From Fimicolochytrium jonesii (taxonomy: Eukaryota): a stretch of DNA of 64,000 bases. Location of the stretch: positions 620,001 through 684,000 of the forward strand of contig NW_026515671.1 of the NCBI RefSeq assembly GCF_025526975.1, read 5' to 3'. Under the pieces are notes generated by a model. That model did not search any database. It saw only the letters and a list, made by a program, of their open reading frames with translations, and was not told the DNA's origin. The position numbers and the translations under genes were made by a program. This document shows positions 24,743 to 37,300 of this stretch, in pieces (the first letter of the stretch is position 1; each line of letters starts with the position of its first letter).

Positions 24743-25730
24743 CTACGAAGGGTTCCATCTGCTAGCAAGGGCTAGCAGCTGATTCTTGGGGCTGACAAAC
24801 AAACTAGTAGCTTCAACAAACACCGTCTTTGGCTTTCCTTCCTCATCGACATCGACGCTCTCAATGCGCGCCTTTGCAAATGCTTTACGGCCCTCGAGTT
24901 TTGTGAGCTTGCTGCGGATGACGATGAATTGATTGACTTTGACGGGAGAGCGGTAGTTGAGGGTCAGGTTTGCGGTGAAGCCGGTCTTGTGCGGGAGCGA
25001 CGGGATACTGGCTCGCGCGCACATCTCATCGAGGAGGGTTGCGAGTACTGTACAAAACACAGAACGTTTAGTACGGTAAATCCGCCAACGTAAAGATCGA
25101 ATCGCCCGTTGTCGATACTCACCGCCGCCATGACAAATCAAATCATGCCCCGATAAACGTTCGCCGATGTGCAGAATCGCAACGCATTCAGTTTGGTCAG
25201 CGTTATGAAACAGGAGCGGTCGGAGAGCAAACTAGAGCGAGGTATCCTTGAGTCAAAATTGGCATCCTCCACGAAAGCAAGTCACCAAACGTTCCCGTTC
25301 GTTCGCTAACCTTCCCCTTGCCCTTCAACGTCCCAGCGGTGAAGTTCCTATGCAGCTTTCCAGCGCTCAAGTAGCCATACGGATCCACCTCCTTCCACCC
25401 GTCGGTCTTTCTCAGCCTCTCCACCTCTGCAAGCCCCTCCGCCTCTGCCTTCAACACCGTCGCGTGGGCGAGCTCCGCTTCGTCAGTGAATTCCGTGAAA
25501 GAGTCGGGTGCCTTGTTAACATTCTGCACGTATACGGCGACAAAAACGCCGGTGGAAAAGGCGAGGGCGAGGGACGTGATGTTGGCAAGCCGGCCGCGGG
25601 CTTGTGGGGGTGCGGTGTAAGAGCGGGTAGGCTGTGGTCGGAGTGCCGAGATGGTGGTTGGTGAACGGAGGAACGAGGTCCGTGGTGGGACATTGGCAAG
25701 CAGCCCACGCCCGACTCTTTGGGAGATCAT
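24743..25730 (-). CDS. Mitochondrial hotdog-fold thioesterase (THEM4/PaaI-like)
   Basis: Arg-rich presequence (MISQRVGRGLL...), one hydrophobic helix, NFTAGTLKGKGK, HIGERLSGHDLICHGG|VLATLLDE, and GFTANLTLNYRSP. Two introns. Confidence 0.85.
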
Positions 25731-25981
25731 TTTCCAGTTTTGCATATGTACCCTATTGGAATGGGGAAGAGGGATGTTCGCCGATGTTCGCCGACCCAAG
25801 TGCTTATGTATGAAGCTCAGTCGCCGCCAGAGGGGCCGGAATGCTGACAACCCGCGGAAAGCCCAACGTTCAAAAGCCGAACGCGAAAGGGTCCGTGACG
25901 GGTGAGCAGTACACCTCTGAGTACAGTACACCTGCTAAACGTTCCGCTTCCGCCCAGATTTTCGCAGTTGATAGACAAACG

Positions 25982-26937
25982 ATGGGTAAACGCAAAGCAG
26001 GTTCCTCTTCCTACGTATTCAGCCTGCCCTTGCCCAAAAAGGCTCGATGGTCGGCACTCACGTCGCGGCCGCGGCCAAGCGGCCATGAATTCGACGCAGC
26101 TTCGAAGCCTTCGGTGAGAGCAGCCATATACACGAAGGGTGACCCCAACATCATGGAACGGTCACCGAGCGAGGATGTAGAAGTCGCTGAGGCGCAAAAA
26201 TGCTTGGAGTCGTTGTTGGAGCCTGTGCTGGAGGTGGAGAAGGTGCAGATAGCCCATGTGCAGAATATCTACAAGGCGGGAAAGACGACTGGGTTTGGTG
26301 CGTATCCCGAAGGGACTTTGCGTATATGGGCTGGACGGGGGTGGGCGGCTGGGACGCTTCCCATCATGAAGCTGACTTGATGCTGTCCGTCCTATAGCAT
26401 TCCGATTGTTTTCGAACGGGGTTTCGAAAAACTTGTCTTTGAACCCCAGTCGGACTACTTTGCAACATAGGCACGAAGGAGACTACGAGGTCACCAGGTG
26501 GGTATTGGTGAATGAAGAGTCTCAGCGTCACAGAGAGGAGGACTCCATGTGAGAATAGCATTGCTGACTGGTTTTGGTTTCACAGCGATGTGGAAGAAGA
26601 GCGGAGGCGGCAGTTCGATCGAATTGTCGTTTCGGCTGACCAGTTATACCAGTCTGCTTCGAATGCGCCGCGGGTACGGCAAGCATCTTCAATGTTGTTC
26701 CCAGCGGCTATGGTGCTCACGATATACCCTCAGGATACCTGGCGAGATCGTGTCATCACACTGAAAGACCTGGAAAAAAGCGCGAAAGATGTGGCACGGA
26801 CGAAAGGACACCAGACCCGAAAGAGCCAGCGGCGGCGGAGGTTTGAGGCGATTTTGAAGGAACAAAACGGATCGGCGCCTCGGCCCCGGCGTTCGTCATC
26901 ACCTCCAGCGCCTCGAAGTGCGGTTAAACCCCAATAG
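25982..26937 (+). CDS. Small multi-exon hypothetical protein, possibly DUF2011-like
   Basis: Putative exons encode AFRLFS, EEERRRQFDRIVVSADQL, WRDRVI and a basic RKSQRRRR tail, a pattern that recalls fungal DUF2011. The start is uncertain (25982 or ~26153). Confidence 0.5.
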
Positions 26938-27126
26938 GTGCAGTCTTCGGGCGGCGCATTGGGGGACGTAAGCGGTTAGAGATCTAGATGGATGTATCTG
27001 TGAACCTCGTAGAGCTCACTTGAGCATGTAGATAACATTTTTGGAACTAGAACTGAGTTGGGCACTACATAAGTATAGAACTACCCAATTCGGCGTCTCC
27101 CTCAGTTTATCCATTATGCCTCGAGC

Positions 27127-30100
27127 TTAATGCTCCCGCTCCCTAGTATAGTGACAATACGCCAAGACCCATTCGAGTGTCCTGCGCGGCATCCGAGGAA
27201 ACTTAGACAATACGCCCAACTCCAAAATCGTAGTTGGAACTTTCGGCCCTGCAGCCGCAGAGGTGCGAGCGACGGACTTCCGAATCCACTCTAGTTCCGA
27301 CGCCGTTGGCCACTCTCGGTATGCCAGATACGCGCTGAATGCGGCTCGTGCTTCTGGCGCAAACACCGCTCGTTTCTCAACATCGGAATCCAAATATCTG
27401 AACAAAGATAGTTTCCAAGGGTTGTCCACTATGTTCTCCCCGTTGTTTTCGTCACGTTCGAACGCCCTGAAGTGTGCCTCAAGTTCAGATCGCAGTCGCT
27501 TGATGAACGATGCAGGGAGTAACTGCCGCTGTCGCAGACCGTCGGAGGTAGTATCCCGGCTAGAACCTGACGCGGTCTGTCGAGACTGATAGCTCTCCAG
27601 AATGATCTTCAACGCCAAGACGGCACTGCGCGAGAAGTTTCCTCGATCCCGCGTCGTAACATCGATCCACATGAGCGGTGTCACGGCATCCGGACTCTCA
27701 AACTCAATGCATCGCTGAAGGAGTACATGCGTAGGATCCGACGTTGTGTTCTCGGGACACAGATAGGTTGCGAACCCCGCAATCTCAGGAGCTAAGCTGA
27801 TGGGAACGGTCACGCTGCTCTCAGGTACATGCGGGTGCGTGGATGACAGGTCGAGGGACCGTGATGTAGGTTCCTCGGAATCGGCCTCGTCCTGGATGTG
27901 GTTGAGATAGCGCATCTTACGTTTCACATACAGTCCACGGCCACTCTTTAGGATCTCTGCATGACGCTGGTTGTGTGCCACTTCCAATACTCTGCCCCAG
28001 TAGCGCGGGCTGCTGGTGGTGATTTTGACGATACTGTCGTATGCAGGTAATAAGCACGGGGTGCTCATTTTTATCTCCCGAGTTGCGACTCCATCAGCCA
28101 CAGTCACAACCACCGGTGGACAGCACTTTCCCATAGTGCCCACGTCGCGGGTGATGAAACAGCGACGCTCCACAGCCAGAGCCCACAATTGGCGCGCCGC
28201 ATGTATATGTCCGCGATTGTGCGTAGTTTGCGATGAGGATTGCGGGAATAAGGCACATAATAGCGCTGCGATGGCTTCATTCGAGGTTCCGAACGTATAT
28301 GAGCCGGCGCCGAGGAACAGAAACCCGATGGCCATGTTGGTTGCGGTGTGATTGCCGTACGTGACTTCGCTTGCAGTCCGGTTATGCAGCCGTCGCAGCA
28401 AGCGTAGGATCTCGACATTGGCCGATCCCGCCATAACGACACAGAGGGACAAAAGCATAACATCCAAACAGTTCCGGAAGATGCCTCGGTTGAGCTTGTC
28501 TCGAAACATTGAGCCTAAGAGAAACGGAGGTTATTACCGATTGAACTGAGCTTTTGCTACCAACGAAAGATTCGTACCGCCTGTGCTCGACATGTCCGCC
28601 AGCTTCCGACAATACGAGAGCAGTGTTTGAAAAGCGGATTCATTAGAGGATCCAGCATACTTGAGACCGATCGCAAATCCCGCCCCAGCCAAAATGTTCC
28701 ACTGAGCCTGAGAGTACAAATCAACCCAATCTTCGTCGTCTGCAGACTCTTGAGTGCCTCTACGGATATATTCCGGAACCTGTTGCAGGAGCCATTCTTC
28801 AGTGGCCTTTATGGAATCCCACAAAATGATGCTCCTGCAAAGGGTGCGCATCAACAACACGTCAGGCTTGATTTGGTTCAGGAAGTAACTCGTCTTTGGC
28901 AAAGCCAGTCGATCGGCGATCATTGTGTCGTTGGTTTTCAGCTGCATGAGGCCCAGAGCAAGCGTCGCGCTCGTAATTATGTAATGTTTGCTGCGTCCTA
29001 AAGCGTAATGTAGCAACCGATCCACAAGCTTCAGATCGGAAATCCCAGCAGCCTTCGAGCTGCTGACGCCACCAACCGTGATAAAGCCTAACGCAAAGCC
29101 GCAGGCCAGAGCACAATTTTCCCTATGTGGTTCCGGAAAATCAGACGGTTCATTCTCAATCGTTTCCAGTAAGTACATCATCTTCTCGCAATGGAGCCGA
29201 GCCATCGAGCCCATATGCAGCAAGCCGATACCGAGCACAGCAGCGGCTTTGACTTCGACCCCTGTGGGTTTGCCGGCCATATCCTCTGCAGCCTCAATGT
29301 GCGAGTAGCAGATTCTGGTATGGCGGAGATCCCGATCGCCCTTGTGGGTTGCCGCGAGACCCAGCAGGAGCGCGACGGCAGTGTACTCGTCTTTCAGATT
29401 CATGTAGTCGATCAGGTCGAATAAATTCATCTTTTTCAGATTCCCTGCAAGCCCGAGTCCCAATAGGAAACCAGCGTGCCTACAGCTCAAATGCCGCTTT
29501 CCATCCTCAGTTGCAAGAGGCGTGTTGAAGACGATCCACGCGCCATCCACGACTTCATGATGTGGTGCTATGCTGAGGCCTGCGGCGACGCCGTTGTGGA
29601 AGTCCGGCCAACTCAGTGGCGATTGTGTTGATTTGGAAACATCGAGCGGAACTTCAGTGGTCATCGGTGCGAAGCGGGCGGAGACGACAAGGTCCGGGAT
29701 GGGACAGACGTTGGTAGCCACTGGCGTAACCGTGCCAATTGTGAATGGTGCGCGGCCCAAAGGTCGCGCCAAAATCCGGGTCGAGATGCCCATCAAGTAT
29801 TTTTGTTGATCAGCCCTTTGCTTTTCCTCAGTCGCGTTGAAGTCCAGCTCCATCTTGGCCAATATTGGGCGCGAAGATTGCAGTAGTTTTCGGACCTCGT
29901 CAACTCTGCGATCTTTGTTAAATCGAAGCTTGCACACCTCCGTTTGAGCAGACTCGGTGCCGTCGAAGGGGGCGTCAGCCTTGGAGCTGGTGTCCTCGGG
30001 AAGCTCCTCACTCATCGAAAAGTCAGCAGAGAGAGGCTTCGAAAGCTGCTCTACCTGTGTGGCTAGATCCTCTCTCCCGATCAATAGGTACGCATCGACA

Positions 30101-32570
30101 GACCAATCTCCAGGAGGGTCTTCACGACAGTCATCAATCGCTTGCTGAAGAGGTAACCCGATTCCTGTAGTTAGCGTCGCTAGCGCGTTTCTGTCGATAC
30201 TATGCTCCAACATGCCCTGAACCAGACCAACCGCACCGTTGGAATGCAATTCAGTGTACAATCTTGAGATCGTATAAACCCTGGTGCTGCGGAGGAAAGT
30301 CGTTGCTTCGCTATCCTTGTTGCGCATAAGCTCTATCAAAGCGTCCAAAGCGCTCGTGTTTTCCATATTGCTCCGAGTCTTCTGCAAAGTCCAGCTGAGG
30401 AAGTCGATTGGTGGGATTGGACACGGTTGAAGCAGTGGGTCTATCGGGCGATTGTGTCAGTATCAATACCACATGTAAGAAGCCAAGTGCCACAAGTACC
30501 AAAATACAGATCCACCAATGACTCTTCTGGCTGCTCCTGGCCGTAGTAATATACGTAGTCGGACCACTCAAGCGACTTTGCGATGTGAAGGAGCACATGG
30601 GCAAGTCTTGAAGCATGTTTTGCTGTCAGAATGTTCAACTTCAAATCTTCATAAACCACGTGCAAGAACAATAAGATTGTCGGAAGATGTGGTGTCAGAC
30701 TTGGGCCATTCGGGTGTTGGGCAAGCTGGTCAAAGCGCGACGTCGGCGAAGGACATGACGGGACACAGGTGTCTTGCGATACGTCATCTTCTTCCGCAAG
30801 GAGATGAGAAGCCTGTTCCACCAACTTTGCAATCCAACGGCGTTTCCGTTTACTCCGATTCAGAAGAGTTGTCAAGGAATCTGGTCGCTGGCGCTTCGGT
30901 GATTGTGCTTCTTTGCGATCCGAGGGGAATCGCTGACGGCAGAAGGAACATAGCACACCAACCAACGTCTGCCATTCGTAATCGCCTTCAGTCGTCGGTT
31001 CGAGGGCAGTGCCATGTTGCGACGTGAAAAGGCGCTGCTGGAAGGCGTCAAACAAGTCCACAGGTAACGCATGTCTCAGAGCTTCGACGCATCTACGGAC
31101 AACGGACGACCGGAAATTAGGTTCCAGGGTGGCGCGATATGTGGTGCCATTCGAAAGCTCAAGATTGAAGCGATTGTCTGCGGCGCTGCTGAGCTGCACG
31201 ATTCGGGATGTTCGGAATCCAGGCTCTGCCTCCGGAACGCTGATGTCTTCCATGCTGTCTGTCTTGCCTGGGTCGGTATCGTCGGGAGACCGGGGCCGCT
31301 TTCCAGGCCCAGTCAAGTGCCCTGATAAAACTGACGGAAAGTCGGTGGGAATCTTGCAAGCAACAAATCCCTGATTACCCGTCCAGAGCTTGAGCGTGTG
31401 ATCCGGATTCAATATTAACACGTCGAATGCTTTCGATCTGACGCATCTCAGCTGCACTGCCCCTAAGGCGGGCAAGCTCCACAAGATCTCCCATGCTGCT
31501 CTATTATCCGATGTGCCAACGGAAAGAGAGCATTGTAAGGCCACAAGTCGCCGCCGACCCTGCGCGCTGGAGTATTCCTCTCCGTCGTGCGCCAGGCCCA
31601 AAAAACAAATGACCGCCGAATGCGCGTTGATGGGAGACACCGAGGTAGTTTCGGCTGCATCTTTCAATCCTAAACTGCCAGGCTCGCTTTCTTCCCAGAG
31701 GAGGCTGAGGCCGAAATCAGGCTCTAGCGCCCGTCGCATGGGTAGCGCAATGTCTGCAACAGGCGGTTCAGCATCGACTTTCCCAACGCTATCCGAACAC
31801 ATCCATATGCTGTGCTTCCTGTTCCCGTCATTAAACGCGACAATCATCTGCGGAGCATCTTCGGCGACCGAAACCTTTAAAATGCGACCGAACGCTTCTG
31901 TCGCATGAGATGCTCCATTGACTACAGCAGACGACGCCGACACCCCACCATGCGGTGGCTTTACGCGTTTGCCAACGGAAACCGGGCGAGGGTAATCCAA
32001 TGCACTTCTCAGAGTATACAGTGCTGACCCTGTTGCATCTTCACCACGTCCATCCTTCCGTCTGATGAGGATACCTTCGCGCAAAGGCCAAGCGGCTTCC
32101 AGCTGATACGGTATAGGTACCTGCTCCGTTACCCCATTGTCAAAGTATAAGGTGATTGAGCGCGGGTACAACACGGTCAGAGCTCTGCGAAGTTGGCACG
32201 CACGGGACGGTGCGTCTGTAACGACACTTTCTTCAACACGGAAGCGCGCGTAAAATGGGGTGGCGATGGGGCGAAGCTCATCGGTCTGTGTTTCGTAAGC
32301 ACCTCCTTTCCCAGACTGGGTTTGAGCGGTAAAACTTTGCCCGTGTACGCCGCCGTTGTAGGTGAATACCGTGCCACCAACAACAGACACCTCGGTATCA
32401 AACGATAGAACTCGTCCGCCAGGGCTAAATTGAGTGAGATGCTCGACCCGAGTTCCAAAATCGTTTTTGCTCAACTCCCCCTCCCAAAGCGGTTCAGTGG
32501 CTGCGTATGGGTGGAGCTTAGCAACCCGGTCCGCACATGTTGTAAATCGGCCGAGGATCTGAACCTGCAT
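27127..32570 (-). CDS. APC1: Anaphase-promoting complex subunit 1
   Basis: LHVVYEDLKLN, PPGDWSVDAYLLIGREDLA, LRFNKDRRVDEVRKLL, WPDFHNGVAAGLSI, HAGFLLGLGLAG, PC repeats, IGLKYAGS, YGNHTATNMAIGFLFLGAG and TPCLLP. Two introns. The start is taken as MQVQILGRF. Confidence 0.93.
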
Positions 32571-32902
32571 CAGACTTGTCGTGCTGCTGGACAATTTCCT
32601 GGATGGGTTGCGTTGTGAGCTAGGAGTGACGAAATCTACCAGATATATATCCCTTTCAGAAAGCACCCAGGGCAGAGTAGTACAGCTTCAAGCTCAGGAT
32701 GGGTTGGCAGGCTGGTTGGCAGGACGGACTTTGCGGTTTTTGCGGTTTTTGCATGCACGTCCACCAATCTGCAAACGCTGAGCCAGTCTCAAGCGAGTCC
32801 TCCAGTCTCAAGCTCTCAAGAGTCTCACGACGCGTAACACTCGCGACAACTTGCTCACTCAAAGTGGGCTCGTTCTTCAGCAACTCCCGCCCACACGCCA
32901 CC

Positions 32903-33420
32903 ATGCCGGCCCTACGAGAATCGAGGAGGTTGCTGCATATCTCCCAGTGAAAGAACGTTTTCTCGTCGCCGTGGATCTGCGCTTGTTGCGGATTCGTGAC
33001 CAGTGCATTCCGCACACACCCGAATGTTCGATGGAACACGCCTCCAGGGAAAACCACAAGGATCTCCTCAATGTTTGGAAAAGGAGTAGCCTGAGATGCG
33101 TCTGCTCAGATATAGCGTGGGACTTGGCATCAGGAAATGGGAAGGTTGCAATCTTGGAGTGGCCTAAGGACTCAGGTCTGGAGTGGGAGGTTCCCCGAAC
33201 GGGGCTTCAGCGAACGGGCATGTTCTTGTACGGGAATGGTGGTAAAACAGCGGACTCAGGTGCCCCTACACTGTTGATGCAAAGACTGGGCCTCAAAGGA
33301 AGGGCAAGTCGAGATTTTGCAATGGTGGCTTGATAGCCCCTCCGATGCAAGTACACGGAAAGCGCAATGGATGAGACATTGGATTGTCTGACGTTGTGAA
33401 TTGGTGGAGAAATGCTGTAC
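32903..33420 (+). pseudogene. F-box-like + ankyrin-repeat pseudogene
   Basis: IEEVAAYLP... is followed by repeats SMEHASRENHKDLLNVWK, AWDLASGNGKVAILEWPKDSGLE, ASANGHVLVREWW*NSGLR, DWASKEGQVEILQWWLDS and KYTESAMDE...VVNWWRN. There is an in-frame TAA and several frameshifts. Confidence 0.75.
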
Positions 33421-33510
33421 TTGGAAGTATTCGCAAACCGGACCTCTACAGGATGTATGAGGTCGCAGTGGCAGCGGACTCGGCGTATGAGAAACAAATG
33501 CAGGAGGCTC

Positions 33511-33636
33511 GTAAGTGTTGCCCATGTCCAGATGTACATACATACAGGAGGTTCTGATCATTGCGACCCATGGGCATCAATCCGCGCAGATGATGTTGTT
33601 GTACCTCCTGTACATCTGGACATGGGCAACACTTAC
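33511..33636. repeat. Inverted repeat / hairpin with 28-bp perfect arms
   Basis: GTAAGTGTTGCCCATGTCCAGATGTACA (33511-33538) is the exact reverse complement of 33609-33636. Pairing extends inward (GGAGGT/ACCTCC) past an 8-nt TACATACA bulge. Confidence 0.92.
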
Positions 33637-34348
33637 TCCTGTTCCTTGTGTCCAAACTTGTTTTTACCTTCATCATGTTAACAAAGCCATCTCTATTCTG
33701 TGAATATACCAGCAATTTGATGCAGCGGAATTACAGTATTTTTTTCTGTGATATACACTTAGCGCACTGTAGCGCCATAGAGTGATGCTTGTGATGTGAC
33801 TTAAAAAGCATGATAAGGCCGTGTAAAGCATGTAAGAGTGGTCCTTAATCAGATGGTGGAGGAGCCTTTTCTGTCTGGCTGTGTGTGTGTTCATATACCC
33901 TCAGTGTACGTATGTGGGAAAGTGGCATGAATCGAAGGTTTATCTGGTTTATGATGCGGCGGCCACGGCAATGCAAGTTATGCAACCAACCGTGCTTGTC
34001 GCGATCATCGCAATCAATCGGGCGGCCGAGTGTGCGCTGAGTTTGGAGGTGCCACATTCGTTACTCGGCGAACTTAATACGTGGCATTCCCACGCTCACA
34101 TATCGCATATATATACAGCAGTACAGGCGCACGCTCACTGTCGCCAGTAAGCTTCCTCCAGGTATGTGCTTGGCCTTCTGCTTCCTACAAGTCAGCTGCA
34201 TGGGTCAAACCAGGCCGCGTAGGCGTAATGGCTGGCGGTCAAGATGAGCCGATGGTGTGAAAACATAACTGGCTTATAAGCATCCTCCCCTCTTTTTCTC
34301 CGACTCCCCAGACTGTAGCTTACCCGCTCGACTGTGGGAAACTCGAGA

Positions 34349-37300
34349 ATGGCCGCACCGCAACCCAACTACCCTATGCAGCGTCCGCAATATCCGGGCG
34401 CCCCAGGGCAACCAGGGGGACAACCGCTGGGTCGGCCTGCGATGCCCTTGGGTTTACAAAATCAGAATCCAAATTTTCGGCCTGGCGGTCCACAGGGCCC
34501 ACAAGGGCAGATACCTGGTAGTCCTGTACCCGGGCAACTGCCGGGAAGACCGTTGGGTTGGTCTTATTCCTGTTTTTTGTGTTTCAGCCAGTGACCTTCT
34601 CACCTAACAACCTTCCCATGCAGCTCCCGTCGGAAACATACACGTCAACAGACCCGGTACACCAGGCACTCCAGGTACCCCGGGAACGCCAATCAGCATG
34701 CACGCATACAGACCAGGCGTGGGGCCGCAGCAGGGTGCTGTTGGGCAACCTAACGCTGGGGCAGGACAACCACTGGGCCAAAACTTTCGCCCACAGGGGG
34801 CGCCTACGTTGCAGCAGACAAATTCCTATGGCAGCGGGCAGGACGGGTCTGGATTGCGATCCCCAACTCCGAACTTCCCTATCGCGTCTCCTGTAGCTGG
34901 TGCACCCATGCAGCGGCCTGGCGGCCCGGCACCTTCGCAACAGTCGGGCCACCCTCAGATATCTCCAGTCTCGCCCGGTACCGGATATTCGGCTCCAAAT
35001 GTTAGCGGCATGCCGCCACCTGGATCAGTGGGAGCAGGGGCTCCATCGGGCTTCGGTGCAGCAGGAGGACCAGGAAGACTGCCTGCGAACTACATTCCGC
35101 CAGTAACTGGCACGCCCCCTCCACCAGGCCCCGGAGCAGCTCCTCCAGGGTCTCGTGCTGGCCGAAGAGCGTATCCCACATCGGATCCATATGTAAACAC
35201 CGTATCTCAGGTGGATCCCTTTTCGGCACAGTCCCCATACGGAGATAGGCCAATGACCCCGCAGACTGCTCCTCTGTCACCAGCTGGACAGAATGCACCG
35301 CAATTTTTCAATCCCGTGCAGCCTGGTCAGCACGGCGCCACCGGCCAGGGCTTCGGGGCCCAACAGGCGCAAACGCCGGCCTTTGGCGGGCAGCAGGGCC
35401 AAACACCAGGCTTCGCAGGACAAGGCGCTCAAGTCCCCATGTTCGGCGGACAAGGTGCTCCTCAGCAGCAACAGGGCTATGGTGGCCCGCAGCAGCCTCA
35501 AAGTCAGCAGCACCAGCAGCAGCAGCAACCTCAATGGACGGGTCAACCAGGGCACATGGGATCTGTTCCGCAATATGGCAGTGCCGCCGATGTAGGACAA
35601 ATGACGAATTCCTTCTCTCAAATGAACATGTCAGCGCAGGTAAATGGTCAAACCTCTATTTCGTACGAAAATCCGGGAAACTAACCGCTTGATTGTTCTA
35701 GATGGGCGGTCCCACGGCGCTCAATCTGTTGCAAGGTCCTCCGACCATTGAGCAACTAGACAACCCGGTGCCGGCCCCTTGGATTTCCCCTCAGTCGTCT
35801 GTTTCACAACACGCGGAATCAAACGCAGACGTGAAATACAAACGATGCACTATGAATGCAATTCCGCAAACTATGACACTCTTGAACAAATGCAAAATTC
35901 CACTCGGGCTATTGGTGACGCCATATAGACACTTGCTGGACGGGGAGGTGAGTGGCGCCTTTGACATGTCGTGCCGTCTTCTCTTTCAGCCATTAACAGG
36001 TAATTTTGAAGGAACCCGTCCCTCTGATCAACCCGGTACAAATTGTGAGGTGCCGGAGATGTCGATCGTACATCAATCCATGGGTGCAGTTTGTGGACCA
36101 GGGAAGTCGGTGGAAGTGTAATCTGTGCTTCCTGACGAACGAAGGTGAATCTGGAATCATGTGCTTGTCATACATGCCTTATGGCATTAACATTTTTCAA
36201 TCAATAGTGCCAAGCTTCTTCGACTGGGATCCTGACACTAGGGAGCATGTGGACCGGATGGCCCGGCCAGAGTTGACCCATGCGACTGTCGAGTATGTCG
36301 CGCCGCAGGAATACATGGTGAGCTTCTTTGCATATCTAAGAAGTGACACTGTGTCGGTTGCTGATACCCTCATCCCGAAAGGTTCGACCGCCTCAACCAG
36401 TGGTCATGCTTTTCATCATTGACGTCTCTCATGCCGCCGTCCAATCTGGTAACGTCTCGCGCCATCCACCTGTTGATCAACGGGATGATCGCTGACAATT
36501 AGGTTCACAACATAGGCATGGTTGCTACGGCTGCTAGGACGATTCTGGATACACTAGACGCTATTCCAAACACTGACGCTCGTACGAAAGTAGGATTCAT
36601 TACAGTGGATAGTGCCCTACACTTTTACAACCTCAGCGTAAGCAGACACTGTCGGGAAGGAGGGGCAAAGTTTGGAGAATACTTATCATGAAAGATTCTG
36701 TAGCCGAATGTCTCTGAGCCGCAAATGCTAGTGGTATCAGATTTAGACGAAGTCTTCCTTCCGATGCCTTACGATCTGCTGGTCTCCTTGACGGAGTCGC
36801 GGGCACTCATCGAAGCGTTGCTGCAACGGGTATCAGACATGTTCAAGAACACTCAGAATGTGGGCAGTGTTCTGGGGCGAGCGATCCAGGCGGCGCACAA
36901 AATGATCGTAAGAAGCGTCACGGGGGTTTTGTTGATCACTTGGGCTTCGGCTGACTTGAGATCAATTATCAGAGCCCAATTGGAGGGAAGATCATCGTTC
37001 TGCAGGCGACATTGCCAAATCAGAACGAGGGAGCACTGAAGCCTAGAGAAGACCCTAAACTTCTGGGAACGCCGAAGGTCGGTATAGGATTGAGATTAGG
37101 CGGAAGTGAGACGCGGAACTGACACTTTTGTTATTTTTAGGAGGTCAGTCTTCTCCAGCCGCAACAACCGTTCTACAAGAACATGGCCGTCGCTTGCTCT
37201 CCAAGTCAAGTGAGCATAGATGTGTTCCTCTTCAGCTCACAGTACGCTGACGTGGCCACCCTCAGTAAGTGGCCAATCTATCCTCACATGGCGTATCGGA

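Noticed and set aside
25242..25250. GTATCCTT (U12-type donor look-alike); a similar GTATCCT occurs at ~56267
   Set aside because: The first is on the non-coding strand of a normal intron. The second is exon sequence just after an acceptor. There is no evidence for minor introns.
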